Assembly (NCBI RefSeq): GCF_001564455.1
Contig: NZ_CP011391.1
Location: 540,001 to 572,000, forward strand
DNA: 32,000 bases
Source of the DNA: Faecalibaculum rodentium
GTDB lineage: Bacteria > Bacillota_I > Bacilli_A > Erysipelotrichales > Erysipelotrichaceae
Direction: 5' to 3'
The notes below the pieces were generated by a model. It was not told where the DNA came from. It was given only the letters and a program-made list of their open reading frames with translations, and made no database searches. The position numbers and the translations under genes are program-made. Below, piece by piece: positions 6,553 through 13,860 of the stretch (position 1 is the stretch's first letter; every line of letters starts with the position of its first letter).

Positions 6553-7557
6553 TTACCTCTCTGGATCATTATTCTTACTGCTTCTTGATTTAGACTTATG
6601 TGGAGTTTCATTTTGCTTCAATTTCCCATCATTTGTGACTTCCAGTTCTTTCTCCCAGTCGCCGACGCTGATGATGTATTTTTCGATTTTTTCGGCTCCT
6701 CTGACAGCAGCCTCCAATTCTTTCGGATCCTTTTTCAGAATCGTGATCCACGATTGTATGTAGGCTGCATGTCGCCGAATATGTGCAGGTGATGGTTTGA
6801 TCTGCAATGCTGCCATTAAAAAAGAGCTGCCAATCTCAGCTCGCAGCTCTTCTTTTGCATAGGATTCAGAGCCAAATTTCCCAGTGAGATCTCTGTTCAG
6901 CCTAGTATGATGGCCACTTGCATGGCAGAGTTCGTGTAGGAGCGTTGAATCGTAGACATAATCATCAACAAAATTTTCTTTATCAGGAATCCTCACAAAG
7001 TCGTGTAGGGGGTGATAAAACGCGTTATCTCCTCCGTGTTTGAGAGCAACGCCCATTTGGCTTGGGAGCCTTTCTATTAATTCGTTACCCTTAATTTGAA
7101 TCGGCCCCCGCACATATTCAGGAACCCCTTCAACTTGTGCTGCATTGAAAACTACGAATGATCTGCCTTGAAACAGGCGATAGCGATTTTTATCAAAATC
7201 GGGATCTTCCTTCTTACGCCTGTTAAATTCAGCCAAAGATATTGTTTTGTTTTTTTCAATATCAAAGACAGCCCAGCCAGTCAGCTTGATTCCATGCTCA
7301 CCCTTACGAACCTTCCAGCCGTTATCTTTTGCCTGCTTGAATGTCATCCAACGCGGATCTTTGTATTCTTCCTGATCTGCTGCCAGCTGAAGAATCAGCT
7401 GATTCAAACCTTTATATGCCGTTTTACTAACGATGTTGTATGGTCTTTCGACAGTCCAACCCTTATACCAGGGAATCTTTCCTTGTTCTAAGGACGCAAC
7501 GTATGCATCCACCAGCTGCTGGCGAGGATCAGCTCTTTTTTTCTTATCTATCATCAT
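6553..7557 (-). CDS. ardC: ArdC-like antirestriction protein (ssDNA-binding N-domain plus zincin metalloprotease)
   Basis: N-terminal DUF1738-like segment (LEQGKIPWYKGW...YKGLNQLIL) and C-terminal HExxH motif (LLHELCHASGHHTRL). Double ATG at 7557/7554 follows GAAAGG. Confidence 0.8.
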   Translation of the reverse strand: MMIDKKKRADPRQQLVDAYVASLEQGKIPWYKGWTVERPYNIVSKTAYKGLNQLILQLAADQEEYKDPRWMTFKQAKDNGWKVRKGEHGIKLTGWAVFDIEKNKTISLAEFNRRKKEDPDFDKNRYRLFQGRSFVVFNAAQVEGVPEYVRGPIQIKGNELIERLPSQMGVALKHGGDNAFYHPLHDFVRIPDKENFVDDYVYDSTLLHELCHASGHHTRLNRDLTGKFGSESYAKEELRAEIGSSFLMAALQIKPSPAHIRRHAAYIQSWITILKKDPKELEAAVRGAEKIEKYIISVGDWEKELEVTNDGKLKQNETPHKSKSRSSKNNDPER

Positions 7558-7578
7558 TTGCCTTTCGTAATAAATTTT

Positions 7579-8698
7579 CTTGATAGGCTACGAAGCTCAG
7601 TAAAGCTAAGCTGCAACCAGTTGTTTCTGGACGTCTTTAAAGTAGTCGATCATACCCTGCCGGGTCTGGTGAGCACCGCTGATTAGAGTTCTTCCCAGTG
7701 ATGCAAAGATACTCTTTTTCTTCCATTTCCGGCGACTCAGTTTCCACTCGAAGTCTGCTAATTCGTTCTCCAGAAACTGCAGTGCGATCCCATGTGCAGT
7801 CCCCTGTACCTTGCTTCTGAAGTTGGAAATGATGTGATCCAGAGAGGACAGATGATCTGTATCCACTTCGAACTTTTGGGCATCCACCAGTTTGCCAGCT
7901 ATATCCAGAGCCAGGTTGGACGAACTCCGGTCACAATGCACTACACAGTCACTGGGGACTTCTTCTTCCAGAAACTTCTTCAGTTCTGCCTTATTCTCGC
8001 TGTGAACGATTCTGAATTTGACAGCATCTGTGGCTTCGAATACTTCCTCATCACCATCCATGTCGTCCCAGACATAGTGTTTGATCACAGCTGCAGCCAC
8101 ATTGACTTTACCTTCTGCTCCCCATCCACGCTTTCCATGCTTCTTTCCGCCATAGGAAAAGACATCCAGTTCGATCGCATCGCAATCAACGGCTATGTGA
8201 GTTTCGTTGTCCTGCTTCTGAGCCTGTTTGATCTTGCGAAGCATGAGTTTTGTGGTGTGGTAGCTGACACCTGTCAGATCACTGATGTATTTGGCAGAAG
8301 TTCCCGTCTTGGAGATAACATAGGCGAACATCACGAGGATCCAGGAAAACAGAGGAGCCTTGGTGCTTTCCAGCGCTGTCCCGGCGGTGACAGATTCCTG
8401 ATGACCACAGTGAGCGCACTGATAGACAGTTCTGAGAGAGCCGTTTTTTCGTACAACAGTCGTGTAGTGGGTATGACCGCACTTTGAACACACAAAACCA
8501 TCCTTCCACTTCAGATCAAAGAAGAAGCGTTCTGCGTCATGGGGGTCTGAATACTGGGTATGGATATCAGCAAAAGTCAGGTCTTTGAACAGCGATTTCT
8601 TGAACATAGGGTGCCTCTCTTCCTGATTCAAGTATCGCATTATTACTGGCGCTATTTGTGCGTGATAAGCCATTAACTGAGCTTGGTAGTCTATCAAG
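7579..8698 (-). mobile_element. IS1595-family insertion sequence (1120 bp) inserted in the 3' end of the toxN-like gene
   Basis: 23-bp terminal IRs CTTGATAGGCTACGAAGCTCAGT (7579-7601) and the complement of 8676-8698 (CTTGATAGACTACCAAGCTCAGT), 21/23 identical. Flanked by the 8-bp direct repeat TAAATTTT (7571-7578 and 8699-8706). Holds a single transposase ORF. Confidence 0.8.
7606..8607 (-). CDS. IS1595-family transposase (zinc-ribbon plus ISXO2-like DDE domain)
   Basis: From internal ATG 8607 (preceded by AGAGAGG): MFKKSLFKDLTFADIHTQYSDPHDAERFFFDLKWKDGFVCSKCGHTH...CAHCGH. This is the N-terminal transposase zinc ribbon typical of IS1595, followed by an HTH-like segment and a DDE region. In the track it is fused in frame to the upstream toxN fragment (527-aa ORF). 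Confidence 0.8.
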   Translation of the reverse strand: MFKKSLFKDLTFADIHTQYSDPHDAERFFFDLKWKDGFVCSKCGHTHYTTVVRKNGSLRTVYQCAHCGHQESVTAGTALESTKAPLFSWILVMFAYVISKTGTSAKYISDLTGVSYHTTKLMLRKIKQAQKQDNETHIAVDCDAIELDVFSYGGKKHGKRGWGAEGKVNVAAAVIKHYVWDDMDGDEEVFEATDAVKFRIVHSENKAELKKFLEEEVPSDCVVHCDRSSSNLALDIAGKLVDAQKFEVDTDHLSSLDHIISNFRSKVQGTAHGIALQFLENELADFEWKLSRRKWKKKSIFASLGRTLISGAHQTRQGMIDYFKDVQKQLVAA

Positions 8699-9177
8699 TA
8701 AATTTTTGCTGCTTTTGTGAGTTTAGGAAAATTAACACAGATTTTTCTCATGAGCATTGAATGCTTTGATTTGAGCATTACTGACGTAGATTTCTCGATG
8801 ATTTCATCACGTATGGATAATCTGTTTAAAAAGCGTAGTTCCGTCAAAGACAGTTCTTTGAGCAGTGGATCCGAAACCTCATAGTCGTGGATGAACTCCG
8901 GATAAACAGGTAGCATATTGTTATATAAAACAGCAGCGATCGGATGTTGATGGTTATCAAATATTATAGTGGTAACATCCTTGCGTCTTGCTTTGCCTGA
9001 TTTAGGAACGACTTGAGTAGTTATTGGAATACAGAACCATTGCTTTCCACTCGATACAAGAATACCTACAAATGGCCTATGGTCTTTAACACTAACACGA
9101 GAATCCACTGACCGTAAATAGGAGGCATATTGCTTATCAATTTCGTATAAACGAATCCGATTATTGTATAATCTCAT
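8699..9177 (-). pseudogene. ToxN/AbiQ-like type III toxin (endoribonuclease) gene, interrupted at codon ~160 by IS1595
   Basis: MRLYNNRIRLYEIDKQYASYLRSVDSRVSVKDHRPFVGILVSSGKQWFCIPITT...LYNNMLPVYPEF...CVNFPKLTKAAKIY follows the ToxN/AbiQ pattern as I recall it (LY.I...Y..YL...D..V, RP..GI, YF.PL.S, NNMIPV, C.NF..L). ATG 9177 follows GGAGA. The track start at 9189 is a TTG inside the SD. Confidence 0.65.
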
Positions 9178-9280
9178 GTATTTCTCCAAAAAAAAGAGGC
9201 GCTCTAAAGTTTTGTGAGGTTTGGACTCTCACATCCAATACAGTTGGATGAGGAGTCCGGACCTCATTTTCATTTACAGC

Positions 9281-10710
9281 CTATTTGCTGCTGTTCTCTC
9301 TACTGTTGACAGCTTTATCCTGTCTGTCTGGATGCCCATCTTCAGGACCCCTGGAAAGCACAAACAGTACTCTGTTCCTGAACCGTTCCCAGTTCGTATA
9401 TCCATTCGCATTGTGTTTGATCATCTTGATGATCTTGTTTCTGTTCTCTATCATCGAGCTGGTCAGGCGATGTTCTTTCAGCCTTACATTCCCGGTCTTC
9501 GGATCGACCACATATTCCTGCTTGACGATATGGAACGAATTGATGATTTCCCTGAACCAGTTGCGCAGGGTGTCAGCGAAACTCTGCAGTTCCTCCACAC
9601 CTGTACTGTCTAGATCTCTAATCAGAGATCTGAGCTCCTCCTCTGCAGTACTCAGGTTTTCTTTTCTGTAATACTCCGACAGCCGGTTCCGGAAGTGATA
9701 CGCCTTCCTCAGGTCCGGGCTCGTATCCAGCAGTGCCTCACGCAGTTCATATCTGTTCATCTGCCTCTTCAGTCCGCTGACATAAGATCTGGGTGCTGCC
9801 GGATCAAATATCATCATCTTCTTTCCTGTCCTGTCCCTGTACCAGGCATCAGGCCTGATCCCCAGAAGTTCACTCTGATGCTTGAGCAGATAGTATTCCG
9901 GAGACCCTTTTCGAGTTCCTTTCATCACACGGATCCTCACTCTGTTCAGGTTCTTCGTATATTCCTGGACCACATGGAACCTGTCCACGGCGAATATCGC
10001 TTTGGGAAAGAAAGTCGCAGCTATCTCCCTGTAGGGCCTGTACATATCGGACGAGATGTACTCCACTCTGTCTCTCTCGCTTCTGGGAAACTTTCGGAAA
10101 TAAGCTGCCAGATACTCCTTTTCCTGGAAGGGAGCACATCCACCGGGGACTGGGCATCGTAGTCCAGGAGCATGCATACATATTTTGAATCATCAGATTT
10201 GAAGGAATATGTTTCGTCGATCTGCATCACCCTGCATAGTTTCACCGGCACAGGGTAACTTACACACATGTCGAATATCTTCATCACTGTTGTAGCTGAA
10301 ACGTGATGACGCTCTCCTACAGAAGCAAAAGTTTCATTTGGAGACCTGAGATCTTCGATGATCGCTTTTCCTGTCAATATGGAGATCCGCTGTCTTTTCA
10401 TGGCGAAGGGATTGTCTTCACCATAGGTGCGGTGGCAGTCTTTGCATTTGTAACGCCTGGCGTTGTAGATGAGAGTGCATTTGCGGTCTGTAAGGACATC
10501 ATGGTTTATCACACGGGGAGTGTAGTTGAAAACGACGATGTTATGACCACCGCATCGGGGGCATTCAGGAAACGCAGGAACCAAAGTGACCTCCACAAGC
10601 ATCTGACCGATGCCAGGGGAGGTCGATATGTTCTGGACCCTGGAAGCATCAAGACCGAACAGTTCAAGAGCTGTATTTTCCAGGGAATTTTTGACTTTTA
10701 CAGCCATCAT
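9281..10710 (-). pseudogene. ISL3-family transposase, split by a frameshift
   Basis: N-terminal zf-ISL3 (CPRCGGHNIV...YKCKDCHRTY) plus HTH in ORF 10021..10710. DDE part (KEYLAAYFRKFPRSERDRVEYISSDMYRPY...DRFHV) in ORF 9281..10177. The frames join at AGGAAAAGGAG near 10116-10126, and one extra A would restore ...LPSRKKEYLAAYF. Confidence 0.85.
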
Positions 10711-10713
10711 TCA

Positions 10714-11325
10714 TCACCTCGATGACAGTATGGCGGAAGGCGGAACAGATTCCGATGAGAGGAAGGTTGGAAAGACCATGGTCTTTCCCCACTGGGCCCC
10801 ATTGGATACAGATGTATCAGAACTACCATTGGTTTCGTACTGCAATCGCTGAATGAACTTTGGAACAAGAGAAAAGAAGCTCCTGAAACCGGATGATGGG
10901 AATTCCGGGAACCGACGACGAAAATCCTGTACGAATCGGTACAGGGATGAGGATTCAGTATCTGGAGAGAAATCCGCCAGGCGCAGCGGCTCCCCTGCAG
11001 CAGACTTTTTCAGGGCCATGGAGGCATCTTCGCTGGAAAACAGATAATAGGGTATGAAAATATCGGGAAGGACCCGGTGGACGTGGCGGCAGTGTGGGCA
11101 ACGGACGCGTCTTATTGAGATGGTGAAAGTACCACAAGGCAGCTTAATGGTGCGGGGGACACTACCGTGACAGTGAAGATCATGACCGCAAAAAGGGCAG
11201 ACGAAGAGCTTTTCACTGGAGCAGAAGGCCTGGAAAAGCAGGTCATAGATCCTCTGCAGCATCTCCTGACTTGAGATATCGGAAAGTGATCGTATCTGAT
11301 TCAGGCGTTTGTCTTTCGGGGACAC
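10714..11325 (-). CDS. Zinc-ribbon accessory protein carried inside the ISL3 element (DUF6431-like, tentative)
   Basis: CPFCGHDLHCHG...RVRCPHCRHVH double CxxC motifs. GTG start. The stop TGA lies inside the SD (GAGGTGA) of the transposase gene, suggesting translational coupling. Confidence 0.45.
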   Translation of the reverse strand: MSPKDKRLNQIRSLSDISSQEMLQRIYDLLFQAFCSSEKLFVCPFCGHDLHCHGSVPRTIKLPCGTFTISIRRVRCPHCRHVHRVLPDIFIPYYLFSSEDASMALKKSAAGEPLRLADFSPDTESSSLYRFVQDFRRRFPEFPSSGFRSFFSLVPKFIQRLQYETNGSSDTSVSNGAQWGKTMVFPTFLSSESVPPSAILSSR

Positions 11326-11582
11326 AAACTTCTTGAAAACCCATGTGATTATCTGTAACGTAAAGGTTGCCTAACGGTGGGACAGAGCAAAGTAGGGTCG
11401 AAACTAGATTGCACTGTCTCTTTTTCTTTCTATACAGTGTATTGTGACCGAAAAGACCTCAAGATAAAAGGAGTTGTTCTGACCTTCCACCTCACAGGCT
11501 GGATAGGACAGGAACAACTCCTTTTCAGTTTTACTGATTAAATTTGGAGGCTTGATTCGACCTCACAAATCTTTGGATATTC

Positions 11583-11710
11583 AAAAAAGACAATTCAGAT
11601 ACTGAATTGTCTTTCTCTGTTTCACGATGTTTCGCGCGGAGCCAGAGTCGCTCAAATTTCTCACCTGCTCTACTTTTCTCTGATGAGTTGGCGGAGCTTT
11701 GCCAATTACT
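11583..11710 (-). ncRNA. Candidate type III antitoxin / leader RNA of the toxN-like gene
   Basis: About 100 nt between the candidate promoter and the terminator with no ORF or SD. Two degenerate modules on the minus strand (GCTCCGC ... CATC ... CAGAGAAA): GCGGAGC at 11636-11642 and 11691-11697, TTTCTCTG at 11612-11619 and 11675-11682. No clean tandem repeat array. Confidence 0.3.
11586..11614 (-). terminator. Intrinsic terminator between the leader RNA and the toxN-like gene, with its T-tract split by the ISL3 insertion
   Basis: Perfect 13-bp stem AAAGACAATTCAG (11586-11598) / CTGAATTGTCTTT (11602-11614) with a 3-nt loop. After in-silico excision of the IS, the minus strand reads stem-TTTTT-GGAGAAATAC-ATG. 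Confidence 0.75.
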
Positions 11711-11716
11711 ATAGAT

Positions 11717-11744
11717 AGAATACCATATTACATCCCGCTTGCAA
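11717..11744 (-). promoter_or_regulatory. Candidate sigma-70-type promoter for the leader/toxN transcript
   Basis: On the minus strand: TTGCAA (11744-11739), 16-nt spacer, TGgTATTCT extended -10 (11725-11717). Confidence 0.4.
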
Positions 11745-11835
11745 ATAGCTCAGTAAGATTTGATGAGCTCTATACGATAGAAAGCATAACCCCTAGAGGT
11801 CTTACACGTTTTCTCATTACTACGCGGGAAAATGC

Positions 11836-12135
11836 CTATTCTTCTAAGTTGCCTATCATGAAGTTGATGGGATCAGAATAGTCGCCATTATATATATCTT
11901 TCGGAAAAAGCGTCATGATTTCAGTAGTCTTCGAAATACGACCAAGCTCATCCTGCTCAAATCCCCAAGTTGTTACACCCGGTTCATCATCTTCAACCTC
12001 ACATTCTGCTGAACTCAGGTTCATCTGATCTTCCACGCCCACCATAGATTCGGTTGCCTGAAAGAAATCTTCGAATTTCTTTCTTTCGTTAGAATCAAAT
12101 TCTGTGGTAACGACTATTTGAACTTTCTTTTTCAT
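11836..12135 (-). CDS. Hypothetical small acidic protein (99 aa)
   Basis: ATG with a short gap to the upstream gene. Very D/E-rich (ECEVEDDEPG, FEQDELG). No recognisable motif. Confidence 0.55.
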   Translation of the reverse strand: MKKKVQIVVTTEFDSNERKKFEDFFQATESMVGVEDQMNLSSAECEVEDDEPGVTTWGFEQDELGRISKTTEIMTLFPKDIYNGDYSDPINFMIGNLEE

Positions 12136-12159
12136 ACTATTTCCTTTTCCCCTTATTTC

Positions 12160-12366
12160 TCAATATAAGAATTTGGCGAGTTTCCTGTAATCAGAATCCG
12201 TTATCTCAGACAGCTCCTCGATCAGTTCTGTCACGAAATGTCTCCCAAACCCATTGTAATCGTCATAGCGTACATCCTTCAAGAATTGTATAGCATCTTC
12301 TCTATCCAAGCCGCAGCCGCACAGGGTCATGAGGATAGGCTTAGTTTCATAAGTTACTCGAATCAC
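12160..12366 (-). CDS. Hypothetical small acidic protein (68 aa from GTG)
   Basis: Preferred start is GTG 12366, 5 nt after AAAGGGG and overlapping the upstream stop as GTGA. The track start (TTG 12453) would overlap the upstream gene by 91 nt and has no SD. Confidence 0.45.
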   Translation of the reverse strand: MIRVTYETKPILMTLCGCGLDREDAIQFLKDVRYDDYNGFGRHFVTELIEELSEITDSDYRKLAKFLY

Positions 12367-13109
12367 GATTGCCCCTTTCTGATTGACGACAAGACTGCAG
12401 CAGATAATCTCTTCTTGTGCATAGATTTGGACTGTTGCAAACTCACCAGCCAAGAAGCAATCATACCTGGATAGTCACAGATGATTTGGTGCATTGCACG
12501 ATAAAGGGCAACACTGTCTTCTGGCTTTCTGGAAAGTTTCCAATCAAGATCGTGCTGTTCAGCAAGGTCAGTCCTGCTGAATGCATAAATATAGCAATTC
12601 TCCAAGAATCTCTTTTCTTCGTCATTGGCACATTTATAATATTTGCATTTAGAAAGCCAGGACTCCATTAGCCTTTTCCTCCAGCCTTCAGATAGAGCCT
12701 CTTTAAGATCGGAAAATCTGCCTGATCGCAAAACGTCCTGGATTAACGGAGGATCTTCGGTATCAATTTCATCTGCCATATTAAAATCTCGAACGGTATA
12801 TAGCTGTTCGAGAGCAAAAGTTATTCTCGGATCGCTTTGATCAAGCAGTGGGAAGAGGATGGTGAAATCTTTATCAGTTACACCTTCTGGTGATTCTTGG
12901 GACCACTCATCCAGCGGTTGGGCGCGATATAAGCCACTTCTCCTGAAGCTATCATTACTGGCGATAGCGCACGTATTAAACCAGCTATAATCCGGAGTAT
13001 ATAGCATTACTTTTAAATGCCATTTGATATTCTCAGGATCGAAGTTTCTAAACAGATTGTCGATATTGAAATACTGATTGCGAATAAATAGTCTAGCAGC
13101 TGCATTCAT
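12363..13109 (-). CDS. Hypothetical protein (248 aa)
   Basis: Long ORF in the operon frame, 3 nt after the upstream stop. No motif I can name. Confidence 0.6.
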   Translation of the reverse strand: MNAAARLFIRNQYFNIDNLFRNFDPENIKWHLKVMLYTPDYSWFNTCAIASNDSFRRSGLYRAQPLDEWSQESPEGVTDKDFTILFPLLDQSDPRITFALEQLYTVRDFNMADEIDTEDPPLIQDVLRSGRFSDLKEALSEGWRKRLMESWLSKCKYYKCANDEEKRFLENCYIYAFSRTDLAEQHDLDWKLSRKPEDSVALYRAMHQIICDYPGMIASWLVSLQQSKSMHKKRLSAAVLSSIRKGQS

Positions 13110-13112
13110 ACC

Positions 13113-13859
13113 CTAGTCCTCTGAAAAAACTGTTCGGTATCCATCAACATGTCCCCCGGACATGACAGATTCTACCTTAAACGGCTGGCTACTACTGTAT
13201 CCAAAATCGAGTGCCGCATAATAGGCATCTTTTGGGTACGCTCCATAATCTTTTGTCCAAAAGGTGGTACTCTCAAAATTTGTTGGATTTTCTGACTTTC
13301 CGATGTACCACTGTTCAGAGATTTCAGGCTCCGCTACATCTGTTTTTCCGTCCAGAGACTTCATGTAAGATACATAGGCTTGTCTTTCCTCATCTGTAGT
13401 AAAGTTGTCCGGTATTTCATATCCATCAATTGTGAGAGTCTCTTTAAGATTGTCGTCATATTCATAGATGATTGACTCTCCGTTTAGACCGTCAACCGTA
13501 CAGGTCATTACGTCTTGGACTACTTCCACATTGGCTAGGTTTCTAGCGTTGTCGCTGTAGATAGCACGGACAGTTACCGTGTCTCCATTACTCAAATGTG
13601 AGTTGGGACTCACAGAAATTTGTATTGTGTCAATGAATTTCAAGACTGCCTCGTCATTTCCTGTGTAGCTGATCCCTGTATGCACAGTCTCCGCATTTCC
13701 CTCACCATTCCATCCGGAATATCGAACAGCGATGCCATCCATCAAATCAATTTTTAATGGATTACTTGCCTGGATGAATTGGCTAATCAAAAGACATGTT
13801 GTAGATAAAAGAGCAACCCCCACTAAAATGAGGATTGCTCGAATAATTACTTTTTTCAT
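13113..13859 (-). CDS. Membrane-anchored or secreted protein of the transfer region
   Basis: ATG 13859 (MKKVIIRAILILVGVALLSTTCLL, signal/anchor) lies 6 nt after GGAG. The track start at 13886 lacks an SD and overlaps the hydrolase gene. Confidence 0.6.
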   Translation of the reverse strand: MKKVIIRAILILVGVALLSTTCLLISQFIQASNPLKIDLMDGIAVRYSGWNGEGNAETVHTGISYTGNDEAVLKFIDTIQISVSPNSHLSNGDTVTVRAIYSDNARNLANVEVVQDVMTCTVDGLNGESIIYEYDDNLKETLTIDGYEIPDNFTTDEERQAYVSYMKSLDGKTDVAEPEISEQWYIGKSENPTNFESTTFWTKDYGAYPKDAYYAALDFGYSSSQPFKVESVMSGGHVDGYRTVFSED

Positions 13860-13860
13860 T

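Larger units (their letters stand above)
9198..11582 (-). mobile_element. ISL3-family insertion sequence (2385 bp) with an extra zinc-ribbon ORF
   Basis: Terminal IRs GGCGCTCTAAAGTTTTGTGAGGT (9198-9220) and ACCTCACAAATCTTTGGATATTC (11560-11582), with the inner 18 bp nearly identical. Exact 8-bp target duplication AAAAAAGA (9190-9197 and 11583-11590). Internal 14-bp perfect hairpin at 11466-11479 / 11512-11525. Confidence 0.85.

Noticed and set aside
7606-9189. The 527-aa ORF as a native ToxN-transposase fusion protein
   Set aside because: The transposase half is bracketed by 23-bp inverted repeats and an 8-bp target duplication and has its own SD and ATG. The fusion is a by-product of an in-frame IS insertion.
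10116-10126. Programmed ribosomal frameshift in the ISL3 transposase
   Set aside because: ISL3-family transposases are normally single ORFs. The shift is at a plain A4 run with no slippery heptamer or downstream structure. A mutation or homopolymer error is more likely.
11326-11460. tRNA-like segment (GGGTCGAAAC) inside the ISL3 noncoding region
   Set aside because: No acceptor, anticodon or T-arm geometry could be built around it. It is not a tRNA.
11583-11835. A clean ToxI-like tandem repeat array upstream of the toxin gene
   Set aside because: I looked for 30-45-nt tandem repeats and found only two degenerate modules with 7-8-nt exact cores. I report this as a weak candidate, not as a repeat array.
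12160-12453. 97-aa version of the small acidic protein starting at TTG 12453
   Set aside because: It would overlap the upstream gene by 91 nt and has no SD. GTG 12366 has an AAAGGGG SD and a GTGA stop/start overlap.
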